DNA of 64,000 nucleotides, taken from positions 320,001-384,000 of the forward strand of contig CAWJQU010000005.1 in the NCBI GenBank assembly GCA_963845145.1, given 5' to 3'. This DNA is from an uncultured delta proteobacterium. Lineage in GTDB: Bacteria; Desulfobacterota; Desulfobacteria; Desulfobacterales; QNYZ01. The notes under the pieces are model-generated. The model saw only the letters and a program-made list of their open reading frames with translations. It had not been told where the DNA came from and made no database searches. Below are positions 12,271 through 23,112 of the stretch, piece after piece (position 1 is the first letter of the stretch; each line of letters opens with the position of its first letter). Made by a program: the position numbers and the translations under genes.

Positions 12271-13605
12271 ATGGATGTCATCTATCAAGCTTGGCATACC
12301 TTGATGCTTTTGCTGGCCAGTCCCTTTAACCAGGGTTCGGGGCAGTTTTTTATGAAATTCTTCCCCTTTGTCTTTATTTTCGAACTGCCCCTTTACGTTT
12401 TTATCCTACTCGGAATCTTCCGCTATTATTTGAGAAAGGATCAACGCATCCCTGAAAACCGCCTGTACTATCCCAAGGTTTCCTGTATCGTGACATGTTA
12501 CTCCGAAGGCGAAGATGTCAAACAAACCATTATCTCGCTTACCGAACAGCTTTATCCCGGACATATCGAAATTTTACCCATTATTGATGGCGCCAACCAG
12601 AACAAGGACACTTATCGGGCAGCGAAAGCAATGGAGGCATATGTTCGAAAAAAACATAACCGAAGCCTGAGGGTTATCCCCAAATGGCAACGCGGTGGGC
12701 GCGTGTCGTCTTTGAACTCCGGGCTCCAGTTTTCTTCCGGTGTCATTGTGATGGCTCTGGATGGGGACACCTCGTTTGACAATACCATGGTGACCCATGC
12801 CACCCATCATTTCGAAGACACCAACGTTGTCGGTGTTGCCGGCAGTCTTCGGGTTCGAAACGCGTTCAAGAACCTGGTTACCCGGCTCCAGGCCATCGAA
12901 TACCTGTTATCCATTCACGCCAGCAAGGTGGGGTTAAGCGAATTTAATGTGGTCAACAACATCTCCGGCGCCTTTGGTATCTTTAGAAAAAGTTTCCTCT
13001 TAAAAATTGGTGGTTGGGATAGCGGTACCGCGGAAGATCTTGACATTACGCTACGGATTAAAAACTATTTTGGTCGGTATCCCAACCTAAAGATTCTTTT
13101 CGAACCCAAGGCCATGGGGCACACCGATGCGCCGGACACCTTTCGCGGTTTTTATGATCAACGACTTCGATGGGATGGTGACCTGTTCTACCTTTATATT
13201 CGGAAACACCGTTTAAGCTTTAACCCACGCATTTTGGGTTGGAGAAACCTGATCATGCAGATATGGACCGGTCTCTTTTTTCAACTGGTTATGCCGTTTA
13301 TCATTATGATCTATACGACTTATGTTTTTATTATATATCCGGCGGGATTTGTTCTGGCCGTTTTCGTTTTGATTTATCTATTTTATGCATTTATCACCAT
13401 TTCATTTTACATCGCTTTTCTCACCATGATCTCTGAAAGAAAAAAAGAAGATCTTCGACTGGCCGTCTACCTCCCGCTCATCCCAATTTTCACTTTTACG
13501 TTACGAATCTGGAATGGTGTTTCCACTTTAAAAGAGATATTTGCAAAACAACATCTGGATTCATCCATGGCACCCTGGTGGATCTTACGAAAAACCAAAT
13601 TTTAA
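12271..13605 (+). CDS. Processive membrane glycosyltransferase family 2 (PgaC/IcaA/NodC-like synthase)
   Basis: D, DGD, AED and QRLRW motifs; N- and C-terminal transmembrane helices. Confidence 0.88.
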   Translation: MDVIYQAWHTLMLLLASPFNQGSGQFFMKFFPFVFIFELPLYVFILLGIFRYYLRKDQRIPENRLYYPKVSCIVTCYSEGEDVKQTIISLTEQLYPGHIEILPIIDGANQNKDTYRAAKAMEAYVRKKHNRSLRVIPKWQRGGRVSSLNSGLQFSSGVIVMALDGDTSFDNTMVTHATHHFEDTNVVGVAGSLRVRNAFKNLVTRLQAIEYLLSIHASKVGLSEFNVVNNISGAFGIFRKSFLLKIGGWDSGTAEDLDITLRIKNYFGRYPNLKILFEPKAMGHTDAPDTFRGFYDQRLRWDGDLFYLYIRKHRLSFNPRILGWRNLIMQIWTGLFFQLVMPFIIMIYTTYVFIIYPAGFVLAVFVLIYLFYAFITISFYIAFLTMISERKKEDLRLAVYLPLIPIFTFTLRIWNGVSTLKEIFAKQHLDSSMAPWWILRKTKF

Positions 13606-13699
13606 TTCGGCCTGGAGACGGGTACGGCTGAATTCGTTCACCGCACAAATCAAGTTATTTTAGTTATATTAAAGTTCCCCGATTTATGAGGTATCTCGA

Positions 13700-15184
13700 T
13701 TGAATCGAAGAATCGCCATTATCTTTGCGATGATCGTCACCTTTTTGACTCTTTTGACGGCTATCGCAACAACCGCCGAGTCCGAAAGCGACCTGCTGAA
13801 GGATTTTATAGAGGTTGGCGACAATAGCCATCGTTTTTCATTACAGGCTCCCAGGCTTGAGGAGAAATTAACAGATAATGAGCGCATATTAAAACCATCC
13901 GCGTTTAAACACTCAAAGGGTAAAGATAAACGTCCGACCGATCAAAAAAAACCTTTGCCAATCGTGCCCCTTGAAAAACTCGAAAAAGACTTTCGGGCGG
14001 CTCCCGGCATGAGCGTTGCCATTGCCGAACTGGAGGAAAGCCTGGGTATGGCAGAGCAAAAAAAGGCACGAAACGGGTTAAAAGTTTTTGGCGGGGCAGG
14101 TCTCGGCGCATATCGCGAGCCAGTGACAGATACAGTCGTTCGAGACTTCCAGCGTGCCAATGTCAAGTTGGGTGTTCGCTATCCCCTTCTAGGTAGTCTC
14201 AAGCAAGAACGCCTCGATATTTTTAAAGCTGAGACCGAAATATGGGAAAAAGAGCACGAAATCCAACTGATTCTACAAAACGGCCTGGGCGCGCTGCGCA
14301 CTTTTTATATCAATTATTGGGGTAACCGGAAAAAAATTGATATTAGCCGGGTGTTTTTAGAGAATGAGCAGGAAGTTGAAAAAATACTCCAGCATCGCAC
14401 CAACGCCGGCTATTTGCTGGATTCGGATCGCCAAGAATTTATGAGTGCATTTGCGCTTGTACGTCGAAATATTGCCGATTTCAAATCCAGCCGGAACCGC
14501 GCGCTTAATGTTTTACGCGTTCTAACGGATGCCGGGCTTAAAGACTTTTCCCCAGTTGCGCCCGAGTTGCCGATGCCATGCCTGGATGTAGAAAAAATAA
14601 CGGCCGCTGTTATAGATACCAGCCTCGAATTAACATTTCTTAGAGAACAGCTTAAAAAACAGCAAATCCTGGAAAGTACCCTACGGCATACGGATGTGAA
14701 AGGGGCTGTGTCTCTGGCTGGAACCACATCGACCGATTTTCCAGAGAACCAACCGGGATATGGTGTGACATTTAACGTTAATATTGAGTTCCCGGTCCAT
14801 ATTAATAAAGCGGAAGCCGCGCGAAAGAAAGTTTACCGTGCAACGCTGAAAAAAATTAAGCACCAGCTGGTTCAAAAAAAAAACACGCTCATGCATGCAG
14901 CTGAGGAATCTTTGGAGCGGTATTTGGCTGCTTTGGAAAATGTGCGATTCGCAACCCGGCGTCTTAACGCGGGAAGGGAAAGTGTTAGGGAGAGCCTGCT
15001 GCGATCTGCTTTTCTGGAAGGAGACACAATCGAAAAGCTGCAACAGAGCCGCTATCGGTATTATCAATCTGCCATTGCTTACATCGATGCCGAAACCAAT
15101 AAAATGTTAACCCAGGTAAAAGTCCTAGAATTTTCATCAGGTGATTGCCTGCCGAACGAGACAGATCCTGGGAACCATAATTAA
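13700..15184 (+). CDS. TolC-like outer membrane protein (probably continues by frameshift to about 15450)
   Basis: Signal peptide, duplicated helix/beta-hairpin pattern (VRYPLLGS; NIEFPV), located between GT2 and HlyD-like gene. Confidence 0.7.
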   Translation: MNRRIAIIFAMIVTFLTLLTAIATTAESESDLLKDFIEVGDNSHRFSLQAPRLEEKLTDNERILKPSAFKHSKGKDKRPTDQKKPLPIVPLEKLEKDFRAAPGMSVAIAELEESLGMAEQKKARNGLKVFGGAGLGAYREPVTDTVVRDFQRANVKLGVRYPLLGSLKQERLDIFKAETEIWEKEHEIQLILQNGLGALRTFYINYWGNRKKIDISRVFLENEQEVEKILQHRTNAGYLLDSDRQEFMSAFALVRRNIADFKSSRNRALNVLRVLTDAGLKDFSPVAPELPMPCLDVEKITAAVIDTSLELTFLREQLKKQQILESTLRHTDVKGAVSLAGTTSTDFPENQPGYGVTFNVNIEFPVHINKAEAARKKVYRATLKKIKHQLVQKKNTLMHAAEESLERYLAALENVRFATRRLNAGRESVRESLLRSAFLEGDTIEKLQQSRYRYYQSAIAYIDAETNKMLTQVKVLEFSSGDCLPNETDPGNHN

Positions 15185-15455
15185 ACCTCTATTCAATGGT
15201 TATGGGCAACGCATCTAAGTCATCTACATAGCCCTACCCGTGTGCTTTTCACAGGAATATCATTCAGTGGCAGATTCCAATTTTCCCTCCACCTAATTTT
15301 CCGGCCAAAAGTAAAAAAAACCAATTCCCTAAAGTAAATGATGGTTAATGCCGATAGAGAAATAAAGGCCACCGTCTATGCGTGGAACAACCAATCACTT
15401 TTAGAGCCGTTGGAAACCGACGTTGCGTTCTGGAAGTATTTTATGAGGTAAGGCC

Positions 15456-16520
15456 ATGAGAGTCAGTTTCAACACAAAACGACAAAAAGACCCCACGCGC
15501 GAAAAGGGTGTGAAGGTCAATTACGCGCCGTCCAAACGACAAGCGCCCAAATGGCGCTGGTACTTGATCCTTCTCATTGTCTCCAGCCCCTTGCTCGTTT
15601 TTTTGTTCAAACTGGTATTTTCCCAGGTAATCGTTACCGCTCAGGGAATGATCACCTTGGAAAAAATAGCGGTCAATAGTTCAAGCACGGGCTATGTCGA
15701 TCAGATAAATGTCGAAGTAGGCGATACCGTCGATTCGGGGCGTATGATGGTTCGGCTGGGAAGCCCGACCCTCGACGAGAGGGAACGCGTGCTTCAGGCT
15801 GAATTGAACCAGATGGGGTCATCTTTACCCTACACCAGATTGCAATCGGAAAGTTTGCTGCGTAACCGGATAGAGTTGGCCAAAAGAAATGTTAACTACC
15901 ATAAAGAGAAACTGGAAAACGTCCGTTTCCTGTTCGACCAGGGTGCCGCCACGATCGCGGAATTAAATCAGGCTGAATCCGTTTATGACCGGGCCCAGTT
16001 TACCCTGAATCAAGTCCAGGGGGAACTCACGGCGCATTTGGAAAGAACGCTCAAAGAGCAGCGGCAGCCGGAACTGCTATTCTCTAATCGTCGCCAGTTA
16101 ATTCAGGCCGAACTGGAAGCGATTGCAGCAAACCGCAAGCGGCTTGAACAGCGGGCACCCTTTTATGGACGAATACTGGAGATGCATATTGACAACAGTC
16201 AAACGGTCTCGCCGGGTTCTCCCCTTCTGGTGATGGGCAAGTTGAATAAGCCCTATGTAATCGCCTATCTTGACCCTAAATATGCCAAATATGCCCTGAC
16301 CGGCCACAACGCAACCGTCAAACTCCCGGACGGAAAAACCCTGCGTGCCCGGGTTAGAGAAAATGCCTCTTTAACCCAGCAGTTGCCCTCAAATTTGAGC
16401 TCTCCCATCGCCAGCCGGGAATTGATGATTCTTGTTAAGCTGGATTTTCAGTTGTCGATGACAGAGGCCGATACGATTGATGGCCTGCCCATAACAGTGC
16501 GGTTCGATTTTGCCACATAA
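15456..16520 (+). CDS. HlyD-family periplasmic adaptor
   Basis: Single TM, lipoyl half-motifs (GYVDQINVEVGDTV; APFYGRI), long coiled coil. Confidence 0.8.
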   Translation: MRVSFNTKRQKDPTREKGVKVNYAPSKRQAPKWRWYLILLIVSSPLLVFLFKLVFSQVIVTAQGMITLEKIAVNSSSTGYVDQINVEVGDTVDSGRMMVRLGSPTLDERERVLQAELNQMGSSLPYTRLQSESLLRNRIELAKRNVNYHKEKLENVRFLFDQGAATIAELNQAESVYDRAQFTLNQVQGELTAHLERTLKEQRQPELLFSNRRQLIQAELEAIAANRKRLEQRAPFYGRILEMHIDNSQTVSPGSPLLVMGKLNKPYVIAYLDPKYAKYALTGHNATVKLPDGKTLRARVRENASLTQQLPSNLSSPIASRELMILVKLDFQLSMTEADTIDGLPITVRFDFAT

Positions 16521-16589
16521 AAGTGACCATGGCGAAAAATGACAATCGATGTGCCGATGCCAACCCCTGACAGGGTTTTGAACGGTGGC

Positions 16590-17669
16590 CTAATAATCTT
16601 CGGCCGGAAAGGCTTGGGAGAGGTGATCCTGTAGCTTTCCGCTTGATGCTCGTGTAACAATCAGGCATTCTACCGGGTCAAGGCGATTGACCAGGGCCAA
16701 ACCTTTTTCAACCCCCATGACCATAATCCCCGTGGCCAGGCCGTCGGCCAGTGTACAATTGTCGGCCAGAACCGATACGGCAACGACCCTATTTGCGACA
16801 GGATAGCCGGTGCGGGGATCCAGCACATGGCTATAAAAAGATCCGTTGGCTTTAAAATAGTTTCGATAATCCCCACTGGTGGCCAAGGCCTTCCCGGACA
16901 GTGGCACCACCTTGTAAACGGCATCAAAGGGGGCGTTTCGTTCAGGACGGTTGATCCCCACGCGCCAAAATTGACCGTCCAGGCGACGGCCGGAACCATA
17001 GGTTTCGCCGCCGATCTCCACCAGATAACGATGAAAACCGGATGTTTGGAGAAGGTCAGCCACCGCATCCACCCCATATCCCTTGGCAATGGAGGCCAAA
17101 TCAAGTGTCACGGCTGCGGTCTTTTTCAGTAATTGCCGATCGTCACCCAGATCGATCAGATTAAAACCGATGACGGGCATCAGCGCCTTGATCGCAGCTT
17201 CGGTCGGGACACGATCCAATGATTTTTTATACCCAAATCCCCATAGGTTGATCAGGGGCGCAAGCGTACCGTCCCATGCGCCTTCGGTCAGGGTGTAGAT
17301 CCGTTTGGCAACCCCCATGACGGCCCAGAAATCAGATGACACTTCAAATCCCTTATCAATCCGGGCATGGGCGTTAAAGCGGCTGATTTCGCTATCGGCG
17401 ATATACGTTGACATGCTTTGGTTGATGGTTTTCAACCGCACATCAATCTTTGTTTTTAGTCGGACAACATCAACCTGGGTTTCGGTAATTACCTTGACCT
17501 GGTACACAGTGCCCATGGTTTGGCCGGTAATGGTAATCTCCTGCGGCGCCTCTCCGGCGGCAATCGATTGAAAACTTCCCGGAACGAAAAAAATCAGAAA
17601 GATATGGGCAATCAAAACCCATGTTGAACGGATCGAAAAAAGTTTGTATATGAAATGAATGGGTGCCAT
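16590..17669 (-). CDS. apbE: FAD:protein FMN transferase
   Basis: TMGT, LDLASIAKGYGVD, VEIGGE, ATSGDYRNY, SHVLDPRTG, ADGLAT. Confidence 0.95.
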   Translation of the reverse strand: MAPIHFIYKLFSIRSTWVLIAHIFLIFFVPGSFQSIAAGEAPQEITITGQTMGTVYQVKVITETQVDVVRLKTKIDVRLKTINQSMSTYIADSEISRFNAHARIDKGFEVSSDFWAVMGVAKRIYTLTEGAWDGTLAPLINLWGFGYKKSLDRVPTEAAIKALMPVIGFNLIDLGDDRQLLKKTAAVTLDLASIAKGYGVDAVADLLQTSGFHRYLVEIGGETYGSGRRLDGQFWRVGINRPERNAPFDAVYKVVPLSGKALATSGDYRNYFKANGSFYSHVLDPRTGYPVANRVVAVSVLADNCTLADGLATGIMVMGVEKGLALVNRLDPVECLIVTRASSGKLQDHLSQAFPAEDY

Positions 17670-17690
17670 TGGGTAGATTTTAATGTCGGT

Positions 17691-18701
17691 CTAACAAATT
17701 CGCGGTAACTGCTCTCCAGAAAGCATATCCACAAACCGGGTGCCTCCCACGCGGGTTTTCATCACTACTTTTCCAGGCGACTTGGATGTCACCTCGCCGA
17801 TAACGCAAGCCCTTTGGCCGAGCGGATGGTCGCGCATGCTTTTCAATACGGATTCCACATCTTCGGCACTGACGATGGCCAGCAGTTTTCCCTCGTTGGC
17901 CAGGTAGAGGGGATCAAACCCGAGCAATTCACAAATGCCATTAACAGCCCGCCTGAGGGGAATCCGGTCTTCTTTAATACGGATTCCCACGTTGGATGCC
18001 AGGGCGATTTCATTAAGAGCCGTTCCAACCCCCCCGCGAGTGGGATCGCGCATAACGTGAATATCCGCCCCTGTGGCGAGCATTGCCTGTACCAGGTGGT
18101 TTAGCGCGGCCGTATCGCTTTTAACATCTGAATCAAATGAAAACTGTTCGCGTTGGGTCATCACGGTGATCCCATGGTCAGCAATGGTGCCACTAAGAAT
18201 CACGGCGTCCCCCGGCCGGGCTCGTTGAGGTCCAATATCTACCGGATCGGAAATGATGCCGATTCCGGATGTATTGATAAAAATTCGATCGACAGCCCCC
18301 TTGGGTACGACTTTGGTGTCCCCTGTAATGATCTGAACCTCGGCCCGGCGCACGGCACGGGCGATACTCTTCAAAATTCTTTTCAACGCGTCAAATGAAA
18401 ACCCTTCCTCAATAATCAGGGCCAGGCTCAGATAGACCGGTTTGGCACCGCACATGGCCACATCATTCACCGTGCCGTTAACGGCCAGATCACCGATATC
18501 ACCACCCGGAAAAAAAATGGGGTCCACTGTAAAGGTATCCGTTGAAAAAGCCATTCGGCCACTGTCCGTTTCAAAAATGGCGCCGTCGTGAAGCGGGGCT
18601 AACAACGGATTACCAAACAGCGGCAGCAGAAGCTCTTGGGTCAGCTGATGCGCCATTTTACCACCGCTGCCGTGATCGAGCAGAATTTTATCGGTTGCCA
18701 T
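17691..18701 (-). CDS. hypE: Hydrogenase maturation carbamoyl dehydratase
   Basis: HGSGG, FFPGGDIG, RDPTRGG, C-terminal EQLPRIC. Confidence 0.97.
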   Translation of the reverse strand: MATDKILLDHGSGGKMAHQLTQELLLPLFGNPLLAPLHDGAIFETDSGRMAFSTDTFTVDPIFFPGGDIGDLAVNGTVNDVAMCGAKPVYLSLALIIEEGFSFDALKRILKSIARAVRRAEVQIITGDTKVVPKGAVDRIFINTSGIGIISDPVDIGPQRARPGDAVILSGTIADHGITVMTQREQFSFDSDVKSDTAALNHLVQAMLATGADIHVMRDPTRGGVGTALNEIALASNVGIRIKEDRIPLRRAVNGICELLGFDPLYLANEGKLLAIVSAEDVESVLKSMRDHPLGQRACVIGEVTSKSPGKVVMKTRVGGTRFVDMLSGEQLPRIC

Positions 18702-18758
18702 AGAAAACCCTATTCCACTGATAAATAAGTGACAAAAAAATGAATCTTTCCAAATCCG

Positions 18759-19859
18759 TCAATCTTCGTGATACCGGTAATAGGCCGCGCAGGTCCCTTC
18801 GGTGGAGACCATGCACGGGCCCACCGGATGCAAGGGGGTGCAGGTTGTTTTATACAATGGGCATGTCGGTGGTTCTTTAACACCCGTGAGTATCTCTCCG
18901 CAGGCACATCCCGGCGGCTCGGCGATTTCGGTCACTATCAGGTTCAATCGTTTAACGGCATCCATATCGGCAAAAGCCTTGCGAAGTTTTAAACCGCTTT
19001 TGGGAATCATACCGAGCCCCCGCCAATGCGCGTCGGCTGGTTCGAACACCTCGGCCATCACTTTCCGGGCTTTTGGGTTTCCCGCCAGGGTTACCGCCCG
19101 GGGGTAAGCGTTGACCAAGGCCGGCGATCCCGATTCGATCTGGCCGACCAGCAGATAAATGGCCTGAAGAATATCCGCCGGCTCAAACCCCCCCACCGCA
19201 CAAGGCAGCCGGTAAGTGTCGAAAAAAGGCGTGTAGGCGTCAAGCCCGGTAATAACGGACACATGTCCGGGCAGAATGAAACCGTCGATATTGGTATTAT
19301 CCATTTCCATCAATGCCGTCAGTGCCGGCGGCACGGTTTTATGGGCGGAATAAAAACAAAAATTGGACAGATTCATTTTCCGGGCACTTAATATCGAGGC
19401 GGCTGTGGTGGGTGTGGTCGTTTCGAATCCCACCCCTAAAAATACTACCAGTTTGCGCGGATTTTTCTGTGCAATGGCAAGCGCATCCAGCACCGAATAA
19501 ACAACCCGAATGGCTCGCCCTTCGGCCCGTTCTTTTTCAAGCGACGATGTGGCCCCCGGTACCCGCATCAGGTCACCGAAGGTCGTGACGATCACTTCTT
19601 CATTCCGGGCCAACTCGACAAAGGCATCAATATCGCCTTGAGCCGTCACACACACCGGGCAACCCGGACCGGATATCAGGGAGATCGTATCGGGCAACAG
19701 ATCCCGAATCCCATGCCGGAAAATCGAAACCGTGTGCGTTCCGCAAACTTCCATCAGGCGCACGGGCCGACGGCTTATGCGATGAATGTCGCGGCTTAGC
19801 TTTCCGTTCAGCTTGGGGTCGCGATAGACATCGGCATACTCGGAGGTAATCTTACTCAT
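18759..19859 (-). CDS. hypD: Hydrogenase maturation protein
   Basis: MEVCGTHT, GPGCPVCV, GFETT, PGHVS, GPCMVSTEGTCAAYY. Confidence 0.96.
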   Translation of the reverse strand: MSKITSEYADVYRDPKLNGKLSRDIHRISRRPVRLMEVCGTHTVSIFRHGIRDLLPDTISLISGPGCPVCVTAQGDIDAFVELARNEEVIVTTFGDLMRVPGATSSLEKERAEGRAIRVVYSVLDALAIAQKNPRKLVVFLGVGFETTTPTTAASILSARKMNLSNFCFYSAHKTVPPALTALMEMDNTNIDGFILPGHVSVITGLDAYTPFFDTYRLPCAVGGFEPADILQAIYLLVGQIESGSPALVNAYPRAVTLAGNPKARKVMAEVFEPADAHWRGLGMIPKSGLKLRKAFADMDAVKRLNLIVTEIAEPPGCACGEILTGVKEPPTCPLYKTTCTPLHPVGPCMVSTEGTCAAYYRYHED

Positions 19860-22208
19860 ATTGTACTGTTTGGCCTTATCGTTAATCCGGTATCGCATTC
19901 GATGGATGCGGCCGCGACAATGGCCTGTCCCAGGCTGATGCCGCCGTCGTTTGCCGGAAGAGAAATGGGAGTGTACACGGTCAGGCCTTTGGCGTAAAGA
20001 GCTTCGGTCATTCCTTTTAAGAGGCGCATGTTCTGAAAGACGCCACCGCTTAAAACAACCGCTTTAATCCCCCTGGTGCGGCTGATCCGCACGGCTAATT
20101 CGCTGAACAAATGCACTAAGGTGACGTGAAACCGCCCGGCGATGGTGGCCATAGATACGCCTGCTGTCAGGCTGGAGACAATGTCACGGATCATCGGTTC
20201 GAAGCGAATCAGAAACCGATCGCCGGATTCGTCCCAAGTATAAGCATACGGCGTTTCTGATTCGTTGGCCAGCTGCTCCAACGCCATAGCCGCTTGTCCT
20301 TCGTAGGTGACACGCCGGCGAATACCTGTCAGGGCGGCCACGCCATCGAACAACCGGCCAAGACTCGACGTTTGCGGCGAATTGATCCCTCGGGTGATCA
20401 TTTGAATCACGGTTTGGATTTTTTTCGCATCGACCTGTTGAAGAAACGGGATGTCAAGCGCCCCAAGCGTATCGCCGAAAGCGGCATATAGATAGCTGAC
20501 GGCCATGCGCCAGGGCTCTTTGATGGCAGCGGCACTGCCGGGCATGGACACATAGGCCGGATGGGCCACGCGCTCAAACGCGCCGGGGGTCACCACCAGA
20601 ACTTCGCCGCCCCAAATGTGGCCGTCGGTACCGTAACCGGTGCCGTCAAACGCCAATCCCAGCACCGGGCCGGACAGACCATGTTCGGCCATTACGCTGA
20701 CGATGTGGGCATGGTGGTGTTGAACCGCTACGGGGGTCACATCGTTTAGCTGTTTTGCATATTCGGTGCTCAGGTAATCCGGATGGTGGTCAAACGCAAC
20801 GATGGCAGGCTTGATATCTAGATATTCGGGTAAGATGATTGATGGTCTGCCTAAAAAAACCATAAGTTCTGATATTTTCCAGGTCACCGATGTGCTGGCT
20901 GATAAAGGCTCGATCTTTTTTAGTAAGACAAATCGTATTTTTCAACGCCGCCCCCACCGCCAGAATCGATGGAACCTGATGGTGCAAAAAAATGGGTACC
21001 GGAACATACCCCCGGGCCCGACGCAGCGGGCGGCTGATACCGGCCGTTACCCGCACTAGGGAATCGTCACTACGCAATAGGATATCCCGATTATGAATCA
21101 GAAAAAAATCGGCGATGTCCGCCAACCGGTTGAAGGCATCATGCGTTGTCGATGGCGATCGGCTCATCGGTCAGGTTGCCGCTGGTCATAACCAGGACCG
21201 ATCGGATTCCCTTTCAAGAAGCAGATAGTGCAAAGGGGTATAGGGCAGCATGACGCCGAATTCGCGACTGTGAGGGGCAACGCTCGGCGCGATATTATTG
21301 GGCGTCCGTTTATGATAAAAGCACAATGGGCCGCTGATGCGACGATAATTCCGTTGCTTCCGTTTCGGTGAACATGGGCAAACCGACGGATAGTCGCGAG
21401 ATCGGCGGTCATTAGACGCCAACGGTTTCTCTTCGCGCCCCTTTAATTGCCGGAGCCTGGCCACGGCGGTTTCATTGGTAGCGTCCACAGCCAGGTGGAT
21501 AGCCCCCCAACCCCTTTATGGCCACGATATGGCCTTCGGCCAGCAGATCGGCGGTTCTCAGAACCGGATCGCGATCTTCCTACGGCATGCCGTATGGAAT
21601 CAAATAAAGACACATGGGGCCCGCAAACCGGGCAGGCATTGGGCTGGGCATGAAAACGTCGGTCCAGTGGGATCGTCATATTCGGCCTGACAATCGGCAC
21701 ACATGGTGAAATCCCGCATGGATGTATGGGGGCGGTCATAGGGAATATCGTCGATGATGGTATAACGTGGGCCGCAATTGGTACAGTTGATAAACGGATA
21801 TCGATGGCGCCGATCAGCCGGGTCAAATAGCTCTTCGCGGCAATCATTCGCATACTGCTGTGTCCGGTGTAATCAGCGCCGATTTTTCAGCGGTCGCCGT
21901 CACTTTGGGTAATGGTAAACGCTTCGACAATTGTTCCGATGGCCGGTGATAGACAGTTCACTTTAGCGATAGGGCCAGGGGCGGCGGATCATTGGATAAG
22001 ATCATGACTGGAAGGCGTCGACGGCATCCGGCAACCCCTGGGCATGGATAATGACGCCAGCGGAGGTATTCGCCACGTTGCCCGTAAGGTGGTATTTGGT
22101 GGCGAGGGTGAAACACATAGGGGCGAAACCCGACGCCCTGAACGATTCCCTGGATCTCAAATCGGCGGGCAATGATGGGGCGAGGTCATCCGATAACGGG
22201 TTTATCAT
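19856..22208 (-). CDS. hypF: Carbamoyltransferase (many frameshifts)
   Basis: Acylphosphatase-like start, [61 protein letters not shown] spread over several frames. Confidence 0.9.
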
Positions 22209-22223
22209 TAAATGTCGCGCTTT

Positions 22224-22457
22224 TTAGATTGCAAGTCGCTCGACCATGGCGGCCGTTTCGCGAAGGATGTCAAGCGACTCCCGTGCGGCGACTTCATCGA
22301 TTTTTTGAATGGCGAATCCGGCGTGAACGATCACCCAATCCCCCACACGGGGATCTTCCAAAAGAAGCAGGCTCGCTTCGCGGCGTACACCGTCTACATC
22401 GATGGTCGCCATGTCATTTTCAATTTTGACAACCCGGGATGGTATCGCCAGACACAT
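22224..22457 (-). CDS. hypC: Hydrogenase assembly chaperone
   Basis: MCLAIPSRVV...VGDWVIVHAGFAI; AAGGAG RBS upstream of ATG at 22457. Confidence 0.96.
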   Translation of the reverse strand: MCLAIPSRVVKIENDMATIDVDGVRREASLLLLEDPRVGDWVIVHAGFAIQKIDEVAARESLDILRETAAMVERLAI

Positions 22458-22459
22458 GG

Positions 22460-22966
22460 GGATATACTCCTTCCTTGTGATGATAAGTGACCCCCAGGAT
22501 GTCAATTCACTGAGGATCATTTGGATGGCTGCACCCATTTGATCCCTCACCAGGGGCGTCATTTCAATACTACAAGTGTCGATATCGTCCGGCTCGATGC
22601 CGATGATTACCGTTTCGGGGACATTTCCCAATGCATGGCACAGCGTCAACGCTTCTAAAAAATCAACCTGGTGCAGGGAGTTCTTCGCCCGGATGCGCTC
22701 GGGGACTTGATCGCCGGTTAACGATAAAGGTCCCCCGGAGCCCCTTTGTTGCGAACCGCATCCACCACGATCAGCCTTTCGGCGCGGGACATGAACCCCA
22801 ACAAATTAACCCCCAGAACCCCGCCATCGATCACCTCGACATTGTCAGGAAAGACATATCGGCGATCGATTTCATGGACAACCTTAACCCCGAACCCCTC
22901 ATCACACAGCAGCACACAACCGATACCCATGATCATGATATGGGGATCATTTGTTTGAGTTTTCAT
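22460..22966 (-). CDS. Hydrogenase maturation endopeptidase, HyaD/HybD family (frameshifted)
   Basis: MGIGCVLLCDEGFGV, VIDGG, IVVDAV, SLHQVD, IIGIEP; follows the large subunit. Confidence 0.88.
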
Positions 22967-23112
22967 CTGCCGTCAACATTTATTAACATGTCGCCAACCT
23001 CAGGATTATATCCCATAGTATTACAAAATAAAAGTTCATTGGTTTGTAAAGAAATCGGCCCATTCGAGCAGAAACCGATGGGCCGATTATTTTCTATTCC
23101 ACCATATGTCAA

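Noticed and set aside
22224..22649. 141-aa protease-HypC fusion shown in the ORF track
   Set aside because: HypC needs an N-terminal MC and has its own RBS at 22457; the extension is the frameshifted tail of the protease.
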